A stretch of 33,567 nt of DNA, from NCBI GenBank assembly GCA_964367965.1, contig CAYIZA010000005.1, forward strand, positions 1 to 33,567. The letters are read 5' to 3'. The first letter of the stretch is position 1; each line of letters begins with the position of its first letter. Shown here piece by piece: positions 9,460 through 17,103 of this stretch. Made by a program: the position numbers and the translations under genes. Source of the stretch: an uncultured Christensenella sp. Lineage in GTDB: Bacteria > Bacillota > Clostridia > Christensenellales > UBA1242. A model generated the notes under the pieces. That model worked only from the letters and a program-made list of their open reading frames with translations. It searched no databases and was not told the origin of the DNA.

Positions 9460-9759
9460 TTACAATTCCACGCTAAATCGTGACTCAGAAACAACATTAT
9501 CCCCGTTGTAGATTGCATCCACAAGAAGAACAATGTTTCCCTTACCTGCCACAACTTTCTCAAATTTAGTGGCGTCCTCGATTTCACCATTGTACTCCAA
9601 GGCGCAGCGGCAGTATACATCCAGGAATTCCTTTGCGCGGATGAAAGCATCCTCCACCGAAGTCCCCTCAGTGCAGATGTTCACATCCTCTAAAACAATG
9701 GTGTAACCCCTTCCCTCGGCATCCTTATACAAAACTGCCGGAAAAACAAACTGTTGCAT
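9460..9759 (-). CDS. HicB-like antitoxin-fold protein (N-terminal HicB domain only, no DNA-binding domain)
   Basis: 99 aa. The segment FVFPAVLYKDAEGRGYTIVLEDVNICTEGTSVEDAFIRAKEFLDVY follows the HicB-family pattern (YPAxFxxDEDGGYxVxFPDLPGCxTxGDTLEEAxxxAKEAL). There is no RHH/HTH tail, and no HicA-like ORF nearby. Confidence 0.6.
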   Translation of the reverse strand: MQQFVFPAVLYKDAEGRGYTIVLEDVNICTEGTSVEDAFIRAKEFLDVYCRCALEYNGEIEDATKFEKVVAGKGNIVLLVDAIYNGDNVVSESRFSVEL

Positions 9760-9772
9760 TCTCTAACCCCTT

Positions 9773-10141
9773 TTATCCTATCATTGCCTGTATTGAAATA
9801 ATACTATTTATGCAGAGCATAATTATAGCTAACAGCAACCACAAAATACAATATGCCCGAGCCATTCCTGCTACAGGAATCTTCTGGCGTATGGTTTTTG
9901 CAGCACGGCTGGCGACTATGGAATATACCAGCCCCACCAAACCGAGTGCAATTGCAAACAGCAACGGTATTCCAGCAAAGACACTGTTTCCCCAGCCCAG
10001 AACAAAAAGCAATATGACCGAGTGCAGCAGCATTCCCAAAGAACCTATACTGTACCAAAAGGCAATCACGCCTTTTTTCTCAGTTCCGCCCACCTCGTGA
10101 GTCTTTTCAACCGTTGCATCCAAGTAGTCGAAATATCCCAT
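9773..10141 (-). CDS. Small integral membrane protein (3-4 TM), first gene of a three-gene operon
   Basis: I trimmed the frame to ATG 10141 (MGYFDYLDATVEK...), which has AAAGGAGAG upstream. The product is 122 aa with three to four hydrophobic helices. Confidence 0.6.
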   Translation of the reverse strand: MGYFDYLDATVEKTHEVGGTEKKGVIAFWYSIGSLGMLLHSVILLFVLGWGNSVFAGIPLLFAIALGLVGLVYSIVASRAAKTIRQKIPVAGMARAYCILWLLLAIIMLCINSIISIQAMIG

Positions 10142-10160
10142 GACACCCTCTCCTTTTATG

Positions 10161-10189
10161 ATTATATAATTTTTAACCACTTTTGGCAA
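10161..10189 (-). promoter_or_regulatory. Sigma-A type promoter of the membrane/HicB-like/209-aa operon
   Basis: On the minus strand: TTGCCA (10184-10189), a 17-nt spacer, then TATAAT (10161-10166). This gives a very short leader into the RBS. Confidence 0.5.
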
Positions 10190-10324
10190 ATAAATTAGCC
10201 CATATTTTGAAAAGTGTCACAAAAAACCGTTTTTGCATAGTATGTAAGAGATTACAACTCCCTCTACATAGCCACCAGGTGCCCAACACCCGGGCTATGA
10301 AATATACGAACGGAGGGAAATATT

Positions 10325-10540
10325 ATGTGTCAAAACTCAAACTACGGATCTTGTAAATCCTGGGAAAACTACAGTTACCCAACTCAAAGCCGCTGCCACT
10401 GCCCATGTAACTGCCCATGCCATGACAACTGCCGTCATCAGCCAAAACCGCCACAGAAGATAAGCGGACACTGGTGCGTAGATATTAAGTTTGAAGCGCG
10501 TGAAATCCGAGATTGCAAACCTTCACGCCCTTGGTGTTAA
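10325..10540 (+). CDS. Cysteine/histidine-rich small protein (71 aa, 11 Cys)
   Basis: The ATG at 10325 has GGAGGG (10312-10317) 7 nt upstream. The product contains RCHCPCNCPCHDNCRH and ends PWC. Its stop overlaps the convergent rmuC stop within TTAA (10537-10540). Confidence 0.55.
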   Translation: MCQNSNYGSCKSWENYSYPTQSRCHCPCNCPCHDNCRHQPKPPQKISGHWCVDIKFEAREIRDCKPSRPWC

Positions 10541-11844
10541 TTGTCCTCATCAAAGTCAACAAGTTTCTTTTCCGCATTATCGGGAGCAAGCCCATCTACC
10601 GACCTCAGCTTGCGCTCAATAGTGCGGGTTTTTCTTGTAGCGTCCTGAATAGTATTGCTGGCTTCTGATAGTTTTTTCTCGGTCTTACTCAGCAGGTCGC
10701 AGAACTTTCCAAACTCGTTGCGGAAGAGCGACAGCAATGCCCAAACCTCACTGCTGCGCTTTTCTATTGCCAGTGTACGGAAGCCCATCTGCAGACTATT
10801 CAGCAATGCTGCCAGTGTGGTCGGCCCGCATACCATAATCCGCATATCTCGTTGCAGCATCTGAACCAGTTGAGAGTTTTTGATAACCTCAGCGTACAGC
10901 CCCTCAATCGGCAGATACATTATAGCAAAGTCGGTGGTTGCCGGAACTTTTATATACTTCTTGCTGATATCCTTGGCGTAATTCTTAATCTGTTTTTCAA
11001 TCTCTTTGGCACTTGTCTCTATGCTGGCAATGTCGCTGCGTTCGCTCGCCTCCACCAGCCGATGATAGTCCTCAATTGGGAATTTCGCATCGATAGGTAG
11101 CCATATCTGTTCGCCGTCACGCCCCGGCATAACCACTACAAAGTCCACTCGTTCGGTGCTGTTTTTGTCCAGCATAACCTGTTCCTGGAACTGCTCCGGA
11201 GAGAGCATCTGCTCCAGCAGGTTGCCCAACTGAACCTCGCCCCAGGTGCCTCGGGTTTTGATATTGGTCAGCACCTTTTTGAGGTCGCCGACATCGCCGG
11301 CAAGCGATTTCATCTCTCCCAGCCCTTTATAAACCTGTTCCAGACGCTCGCTGACCTGAGTAAAGGAACTGTTTATTCTCTTCTCCAGGGTATCCTGGAG
11401 TTTTTCATCCACAGTGAGCCGCATCTGCTCCAACTTTTTCTCATTACTTTCCTGCATATTTTTGATACTTTCCTGCAGGGTGGAGTTGATTTTCTCCAGC
11501 CGGGTATCGCTGACCTTGAGCAGTTCGTTGATTCGTTTTTCTATGCCATCCAACTGGTCGCTCTGCATACGATAGGTGTCGTTCAGCCCCTTGGCAACGG
11601 CATCATTGTAACTCTTGACATAGTCCAAAATGTTGTTGTTGGTTTCACGGATTATACGAACCATTGCCTCGCTGTCGTTACGCAACAGTGCCTGCATCTT
11701 CTCATTTTCCTGCCTGATAGCGTTGAGGATTCCCACGCCGTCCAACTGAGCGTCCTTATTCTTTCTGCGCTGATTTATAAACATCAAAATCAAACACAGA
11801 ATGCCTGTCGCCAACGCTGCAGCAATTAAAATTGTATTTATCAT
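10537..11844 (-). CDS. rmuC: DNA recombination protein RmuC
   Basis: 435 aa with an N-terminal TM, a long coiled-coil, then the RmuC nuclease-like core (TRGTWGEVQLGNLLEQML, DFVVVMPG, LPIDAKFP, AIMYLPIEGLYAEV). AAAGGAGG lies upstream. Confidence 0.85.
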   Translation of the reverse strand: MINTILIAAALATGILCLILMFINQRRKNKDAQLDGVGILNAIRQENEKMQALLRNDSEAMVRIIRETNNNILDYVKSYNDAVAKGLNDTYRMQSDQLDGIEKRINELLKVSDTRLEKINSTLQESIKNMQESNEKKLEQMRLTVDEKLQDTLEKRINSSFTQVSERLEQVYKGLGEMKSLAGDVGDLKKVLTNIKTRGTWGEVQLGNLLEQMLSPEQFQEQVMLDKNSTERVDFVVVMPGRDGEQIWLPIDAKFPIEDYHRLVEASERSDIASIETSAKEIEKQIKNYAKDISKKYIKVPATTDFAIMYLPIEGLYAEVIKNSQLVQMLQRDMRIMVCGPTTLAALLNSLQMGFRTLAIEKRSSEVWALLSLFRNEFGKFCDLLSKTEKKLSEASNTIQDATRKTRTIERKLRSVDGLAPDNAEKKLVDFDEDN

Positions 11845-11945
11845 ATACCTGCCTCCTTTGTCGCCCGATCCGGCGGATTTTTTGTTGAGTTTTGCTGTAG
11901 AATCGGGGTTTTGCTAAGTTTTTATGGTATACTCAGCAATATGAA

Positions 11946-12042
11946 TTTACTACCTTTGTATCGCTCCATTTTCGGTTACACAATTGAATGTAACCGCAAA
12001 ATATGACCTTACTCCCTTGCTGCCGCTCCATTTTAGGGGTTA
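11946..12042. repeat. ~32-nt direct repeat pair flanking an 8-bp hairpin, between cca and rmuC
   Basis: TTACTACCTTTGTATCGCTCCATTTTCGGTTA (11946-11977) resembles TTACTCCCTTGCTGCCGCTCCATTTTAGGGGTTA (12009-12042), sharing the core CGCTCCATTTT. Between them lies the hairpin CGGTTACA-CAATTGAA-TGTAACCG (11973-11996). Confidence 0.5.
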
Positions 12043-12075
12043 TTTCTCCGCAAGATGAAGTCAATTCCTTTAAAA

Positions 12076-13386
12076 TCACGCCCTTACTTCCTTAATTTCC
12101 TTTGCCACCCGTTCTAACAAGCGGCTTTTGGTGTTGAGTTCAGGCATCAGACAACACACTTTGAGTAGTTTTTCCAGAATTTCTCCATATCTTCGCTTTG
12201 GCAGAGTTGGGAAAAATTCCTCCAACTCGGTACCGCCGATTGCTAACTGTTTAAGATTCATAGGTACGCCGTCCACCACCATAAGACTGTGCAGCACTTC
12301 CAAATCTCCCGCCACACCAAAGATAGCGGCGAGGTCGGTCATCCGGGAGATAATGTCGCTGTTTGCCTGGATGAAGAGGCGTTTTTGCTCCTCCTCCATT
12401 GGTTTGGATATGGTAACCAGTCCGGTTATCAGCCGGGTCTGGAGGGTGACCTCCCGCCTGGAGAGCATCAGTCCTGCCGTGCCCAGCACCCGATTGATAT
12501 TGTCACCTGTTATATCCAGTCCGAGCGCCTGCAATAGTTCAAAGGTGAAAACGCTTACCCGGTGGATTGCCGGAGCCGTTTCAAATTGCTTCAGCCAGGG
12601 TTCCCGGAGTTTGGTGTCTATCTGTCTGGCACCGAGCATCAGCGAGAGTTCGCCGAAGATATAACACCACGCTCCCAGTTCGCTCAGCATTTTTATCCCC
12701 CGTGCAGGGGCGTGCGGATTCCGGATAGCGGCATATTTGTAGTCGGCAAACAGGATGGACACCACCTCTTTATTGAAGCGTTCCTGGGAGATGTCGGCAA
12801 GTTGGCTGACCATGTTTTTCGCCACCTCAAAGCAGTCCGGAGCAATACTGAAATCCAGTTCACTGCTCATACGAACTAATCGGAGTATCCTGAGTCCATC
12901 ACTGGAAAACACATGTTCCGGTGCTTCAACTGTGCGCAAAACTCGTGCAAGAGTGTCCTCAATTCCATGGTAGAAGTCAATGGCAGTCTGCGTTCTCACC
13001 TCATAGTACACAGCATTGCAAGTAAAGTCACGGCGGGAGGCATCCTCCCTGATATCCTGCACAAAAACCACCTTTTCCGGGGCGTGCGCTCCCCCCTTGG
13101 TATAGATCTCCTTGCGAAAGGTGGTGTACTCAAACTCGTCCTGGTTTGTCTTACTCTTTATCAGCAGAGTGCCCAACTTGGGGTTTACTACCTCGGCAGA
13201 AAAATTACTGCCATTGAGCATCTCCTGAACCTCTTTAAAATGCCGCACTCCGCAGATATCTAAATCGGTTTCACAAAACCCCAAAAGAGCATTTCGCACA
13301 AAGCCACCCACTATATAGAGTGGGCTTCCGTTCTGAGCAAAAATTTCATCCAAATCCAGCAGCGTTTGCGGTATTTTTATTTCCAT
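12076..13386 (-). CDS. cca: CCA-adding enzyme / tRNA nucleotidyltransferase (PolyA_pol family)
   Basis: 436 aa. The N-terminal head domain reads LYIVGGFVRNALLG...ETDLDI and is followed by the RRDFTCNA motif. I see no obvious RBS. Confidence 0.8.
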   Translation of the reverse strand: MEIKIPQTLLDLDEIFAQNGSPLYIVGGFVRNALLGFCETDLDICGVRHFKEVQEMLNGSNFSAEVVNPKLGTLLIKSKTNQDEFEYTTFRKEIYTKGGAHAPEKVVFVQDIREDASRRDFTCNAVYYEVRTQTAIDFYHGIEDTLARVLRTVEAPEHVFSSDGLRILRLVRMSSELDFSIAPDCFEVAKNMVSQLADISQERFNKEVVSILFADYKYAAIRNPHAPARGIKMLSELGAWCYIFGELSLMLGARQIDTKLREPWLKQFETAPAIHRVSVFTFELLQALGLDITGDNINRVLGTAGLMLSRREVTLQTRLITGLVTISKPMEEEQKRLFIQANSDIISRMTDLAAIFGVAGDLEVLHSLMVVDGVPMNLKQLAIGGTELEEFFPTLPKRRYGEILEKLLKVCCLMPELNTKSRLLERVAKEIKEVRA

Positions 13387-13410
13387 ATAAAAAGTATATC
13401 AAAATAAAAG

Positions 13411-13436
13411 AAAAAAGTCTGCTTTTTGAGCATACT
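13411..13436 (-). terminator. Probable terminator after the 167-aa gene
   Basis: The minus-strand RNA reads AGUAUGCU-CAAAA-AGCAGACU (7 pairs with one A-G mismatch) followed by UUUUUU (an A run at 13411-13416). Confidence 0.4.
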
Positions 13437-13447
13437 TTTTAAACTTT

Positions 13448-13951
13448 TTAGCATGATCGCCAGTTTGGGCGGAGAAATATGGAGTTCAGCGACTCCAGTC
13501 GGCGGCGGATAATCCGCTCCAGAAGAACTCGGGTCTCCGGTCTAGTTTCAGTAACATAAGTATTAAACAGCCCCTGGATTACCCCTATCTCATTGCGTGC
13601 CAGATTGCGGTTTATCAGCATCCTGCTAGTGGGTCGGCACACCCTTTCCGGATTGACACGGTCGAAGTCCCGGAGGCTATCATAGTTGGCTCGCAGGTCC
13701 TGCAGTTCAGCATCGTTGACATCAATCAACCGTTGCATATATTCCCGGTCGTCGCCAGCGGTGAGGTCTTGCAAAAATCCGAGATGGGTTCCGGTTCGTG
13801 CAATACCTCTCGCTACTTCGGGCATATCGGTAGCCGGGATTTCGGTCTGCAGCACCCGAGTGCGCTGTGTTCCCACTTTTGCATAATTTGCCTGCATCTG
13901 TGACACACTTTTATCATCAGCCAACTTTTCATCATCAAATTCAAAAGACAT
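13448..13951 (-). CDS. Hypothetical protein, 167 aa, no family recognised
   Basis: The ORF has GGGGGGAG upstream of the ATG at 13951. The product is acidic at the N-terminus, Arg-rich and helical at the C-terminus, and has no TM segment. Confidence 0.6.
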   Translation of the reverse strand: MSFEFDDEKLADDKSVSQMQANYAKVGTQRTRVLQTEIPATDMPEVARGIARTGTHLGFLQDLTAGDDREYMQRLIDVNDAELQDLRANYDSLRDFDRVNPERVCRPTSRMLINRNLARNEIGVIQGLFNTYVTETRPETRVLLERIIRRRLESLNSIFLRPNWRSC

Positions 13952-14017
13952 AGCGCTCCCCCCGATTTTGTAATTTATATGAGCAATTGATTTTTTTTGT
14001 TAAAAAAAGGAGTTTTT

Positions 14018-14191
14018 ATGAAGAGAAGTGAAGCAAAAATCGCTCTCCAGTTGGAATTTCTGCAAAGAGAGATATGCGATGCCGAGGCAGCGTTGCTGGT
14101 GCGGCACAATAAAAATATCGGGTATGATTTAAGACGATTGCTAAATAGCAAAAGAAAATTGGCAGATTTCCTGAAAAAAAAGAGCGATTAA
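14018..14191 (+). CDS. Hypothetical small helical protein, 57 aa
   Basis: I trimmed the frame to ATG 14018, which has AAAGGAG 7 nt upstream. The product MKRSEAKIALQLEFLQREI...KLADFLKKKSD looks like a genuine amphipathic-helix peptide. It is preferred over the overlapping antisense ORF 14016..14273. Confidence 0.4.
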   Translation: MKRSEAKIALQLEFLQREICDAEAALLVRHNKNIGYDLRRLLNSKRKLADFLKKKSD

Positions 14192-14409
14192 CTCTTTTTA
14201 ATAACTGATTCGGGCTACAAGTCGCGGGCTGTCTTCTTAATGACCTGCATTTGGAAAAGTATTTGTATTGCAAAGACTTTTCTGTTTAATACAGCCAGCC
14301 ACTCTCTGCCCTTTTTGATTCTTTCTCTCAACTTTCAAAGTTTTTGGCAGGTCAGCCGTTCAAAGGACTCAAGAGGCTTTTTAAATCTAATCAGCCCTTT
14401 GAAACTCGC

Positions 14410-15003
14410 TTAAATCTCTTTTCTGTCCTGAATAGCACGATTGAGGGTTAACTCATCGACATATTCCAAATCGCTGCCCAGCGAAATGCCCTGTGCAATA
14501 CGGGTTACCAGTATTTGAAAGGGCTTAAGTAGTTTGGCGATGTACATCGCTGTTGCCTCACCCTCTACCGTTGGGCTGGTCGCCATAATGACCTCAGTGA
14601 CCCCGTATTTCTGCACCCGTGCCAGCAGTTCTTTAATGCGTATGTCGTCCGGCCCTCTGCCCTCCATAGGGCTTAAAACGCCGTGCAGCACATGGTAGGT
14701 GCCGTTAAAATCCCTCACCTTTTCCAGCGCCAGAATGTCTTTGGGTTCGCTAACTACACAGACAATCTTCTGATTGCCCCGCTGACAAGTGGTGCAGATT
14801 TTGCCGTCGGTAAAATTACCGCAGATTTCACAGTAGTGAATTTTGTTCTTGGCATCAACAATGGCATCGGCAAAATCGCCGACCTTTTCGCTGTCCATAT
14901 TTATTATACGGTAGGCATAGCGCACCGCAGTCTTTCTTCCCACTCCGGGCAGACTGGAAAATTCCTTTATCAGTCGCTCAAGTGGCTCGATAAAATTTTT
15001 CAA
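14410..15003 (-). CDS. recR: Recombination protein RecR
   Basis: 197 aa with the helix-hairpin-helix LPGVGRKTAVRYAY, the zinc finger CEICGNFTDGKICTTC and a Toprim region. A TTG start directly abuts the ybaB stop, with GGGAGG 10 nt upstream. Confidence 0.93.
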   Translation of the reverse strand: MKNFIEPLERLIKEFSSLPGVGRKTAVRYAYRIINMDSEKVGDFADAIVDAKNKIHYCEICGNFTDGKICTTCQRGNQKIVCVVSEPKDILALEKVRDFNGTYHVLHGVLSPMEGRGPDDIRIKELLARVQKYGVTEVIMATSPTVEGEATAMYIAKLLKPFQILVTRIAQGISLGSDLEYVDELTLNRAIQDRKEI

Positions 15004-15336
15004 CTAGAAAAAACCTCCCGGAATTCCCGGCATATTCTCCGAAATCTTCTTATCTATCTGTGCATTTGCATCATTGACTGCTGCGGCAATCAAATCCTCC
15101 AGCATCTCGATATCATCTGGGTCGACCACTTCGGGCTTAATCTTCACCGCAACCAGTTCACGCTTGCCGTTCATCTTGACCTCTACCATGCCTCCGCCGC
15201 TGGTCGCTGAAAAAACGCTGGCTTCCAGTTCCTCTTTTTGCTTCTGCATCTTTTCCTGCATCTGCTGCGCCTGTTTCATAAGTTGCTGTACCTGCATACC
15301 TCCACCGCCGCCGCCAAAACCATTAAATCCTGCCAT
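15004..15336 (-). CDS. ybaB: Nucleoid-associated protein YbaB/EbfC
   Basis: 110 aa. A Gly-rich N-terminus is followed by QMQEKMQKQKEELE...SGGGMVEVKMNGKRELVAVKIKPEVVDPDDIEMLEDLIAAAVNDA. It sits in the conserved dnaX-ybaB-recR order. Confidence 0.9.
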   Translation of the reverse strand: MAGFNGFGGGGGGMQVQQLMKQAQQMQEKMQKQKEELEASVFSATSGGGMVEVKMNGKRELVAVKIKPEVVDPDDIEMLEDLIAAAVNDANAQIDKKISENMPGIPGGFF

Positions 15337-15396
15337 AATATCACTTCCTTTTTGTTTGTTTTTAATAAATTTTTATCGTTATCCATAACTACAGAT

Positions 15397-16995
15397 TTAC
15401 TTCTTATCGGACTTCCTAACCTCCACACCCAAGCGTTCGCTGATGAGTTGTGCTTTGTCCGGCTTGACTTTATCCGCCATAGATTTCTGTTGAATGTCTA
15501 TATAATAATTATAGCCAAGTTTTGTAAAACAAGCAACCAAATCACTGTAGTTTCGTGAATTTTTTAGCATATCATAAATACTATTACTGCCCACCGTTAC
15601 CTTGAAAGTGTTTTTTTCGATTTCCACCTCGCTCAGTTCACAACACGCTGAGTGCAACAGCACCAGTTTTTGGTCACGCATAGATAGAAGTACCTCACCC
15701 CAGATTGAACGAGCGTTTTTGATGCCCTCAAGCGGGCTTTCATCAGCGACTTTTTCAACTTTTTGTACCGCTTCCGGTGTCTCCTGAAATTCAGTTTCTA
15801 CTCTCCCGGTCGGGGCTTTTTTTGGATTCATCGCTGCTGGCTTTTTCAACTCTTGCTCTTTTTGGGGTTGAGGTGTTATCTGACCGCTCGCCGCCTCAAT
15901 CACCCGTTTTTTTTTACTGTCGCAGACCGCTATGGCTGCCACCTCCACCAGCAGTTGAGGGCTGGTAGCATATTTGAGTTCGGACTCAATCCTGCTGAAA
16001 GCCTGGAGTACCTCACTGAGTTTTTCATTAGAGAATTCCTGGCTCAGACCGAGCATTTTTTGCTGTTCCTCTTCCGGGAGGTTTACCAGTTCTTTGGTCT
16101 GCCCGCAAGCCTTGAGTACCAGCAAATCCCGGAAATATCGGGTTAAATCGCACGCCAGGGTTATGATGTTCTTGCCTGCCTTTGCCTCCCGATCTAACAC
16201 CTGTACAAACCCTGCAATATCGCCGTTCAGTACTGCAGCGGAGAGCGCACCCAGTACCTCACGGTCGCTGGCGCCCAGCACACTGAGCACATCCTGGTAT
16301 TTTATGTCATTGTTAGAAAAACTGGCACACATATCGGCTATGGAGAGAGTGTCACGCACACTGCCCTCGCCTGCACTGGCTATCAGGGTCAGTGCTTGCT
16401 CCTCCGCTTTTATGCCGCTCTGCTTAAATATTGTCCGTAGAAGACTTACGAGATTTTCCTGTCCAACCAGTTTGAAGTCGAATCTCAGCACCCGGGATAA
16501 TATGGTTGCAGGCAGTTTATGCGGCTCAGTGGTCGCCAGTATGAAGACTACATGCGCCGGCGGTTCTTCCAGGGTCTTCAACAGAGCATTGAAAGCGCTG
16601 TCGGTCAGCATATGCACCTCATCTATAATGTAGACCTTGTATTTGCCGTGCAGTGGCGGATACTTTACCTTGTCCCGTAGATCCCGGATTTCATCTACCC
16701 GGTTATTGCTGGCAGCATCAATTTCAATGATATCCATATTGTTCGACTGCGAGAGATTTTTGCAGACCTCACATTTTGTACACGGTGAACCGTTTTTGGG
16801 TGTCAGACAGTTTATGGCACGGGCGAATACCTTTGCCACGCTGGTCTTACCCGTTCCCCGGCTGCCGCAAAACAGATAGGCATGCCCCACCTGGTCGTGT
16901 TCAATCTGATTGGTCAGGGTGCGGACAATATGATCCTGCCCGACTATTTTATCAAAACTCTCCGGTCTGAATTTTCGGTATAGTGCTAAGTACAT
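15397..16995 (-). CDS. dnaX: DNA polymerase III subunit tau (gamma/tau)
   Basis: I trimmed the frame to ATG 16995 (MYLALYRKFRPESFDKIVGQ), which has GGAGG 5 nt upstream. It carries Walker A GSRGTGKTS, the zinc module CLTPKNGSPCTKCEVC, Walker B YIIDEVHML and SRC-like TILSRV. The product is 532 aa. Confidence 0.93.
   Translation of the reverse strand: MYLALYRKFRPESFDKIVGQDHIVRTLTNQIEHDQVGHAYLFCGSRGTGKTSVAKVFARAINCLTPKNGSPCTKCEVCKNLSQSNNMDIIEIDAASNNRVDEIRDLRDKVKYPPLHGKYKVYIIDEVHMLTDSAFNALLKTLEEPPAHVVFILATTEPHKLPATILSRVLRFDFKLVGQENLVSLLRTIFKQSGIKAEEQALTLIASAGEGSVRDTLSIADMCASFSNNDIKYQDVLSVLGASDREVLGALSAAVLNGDIAGFVQVLDREAKAGKNIITLACDLTRYFRDLLVLKACGQTKELVNLPEEEQQKMLGLSQEFSNEKLSEVLQAFSRIESELKYATSPQLLVEVAAIAVCDSKKKRVIEAASGQITPQPQKEQELKKPAAMNPKKAPTGRVETEFQETPEAVQKVEKVADESPLEGIKNARSIWGEVLLSMRDQKLVLLHSACCELSEVEIEKNTFKVTVGSNSIYDMLKNSRNYSDLVACFTKLGYNYYIDIQQKSMADKVKPDKAQLISERLGVEVRKSDKK
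15907..15915 (-). other. A9 homopolymer (slippery A AAA AAA) inside dnaX at the end of domain III
   Basis: The minus strand reads AGT AAA AAA AAA CGG GTG ATT GAG. Gain of one A, or a -1 shift, gives ACG GGT GAT TGA. Loss of one A gives AAC GGG TGA. See the findings. Confidence 0.4.
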
Positions 16996-17038
16996 TTTAT
17001 CCTCCAAATTTCCTCTTATGTTTTCACTGCTTTTAACC

Positions 17039-17047
17039 ATTTTATCA
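17039..17047 (-). promoter_or_regulatory. Possible extended -10 promoter for dnaX
   Basis: The minus strand reads TGaTAAAAT (-10 at 17039-17044), about 40 nt upstream of the dnaX ATG. The -35 is poor, and read-through from sigH is equally possible because no terminator follows sigH. Confidence 0.3.
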
Positions 17048-17103
17048 GATTTTGATAAAATTACCAGTTATTTTTCACTTTTTTTCACTTTTTCGCTCTT
17101 TTT

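Noticed and set aside
10325-10540. RiPP/lanthipeptide precursor reading of the Cys-rich ORF
   Set aside because: No modification enzyme, protease or transporter genes are adjacent, and there is no leader/core organisation. A coat-protein or metal-binding role is more plausible.
14016-14273. 85-aa minus-strand ORF overlapping the 57-aa plus-strand ORF
   Set aside because: It has a TTG start without an RBS and a Cys/Phe/Arg-rich implausible sequence. The opposite-strand peptide has a strong RBS and a protein-like sequence.
17041-17103. SRP RNA (ffs/scRNA), which often precedes dnaX in Firmicutes
   Set aside because: Only 63 nt separate sigH and dnaX. They consist of A/T runs with a short AAAAAGTG direct repeat, leaving no room for a structured RNA gene.
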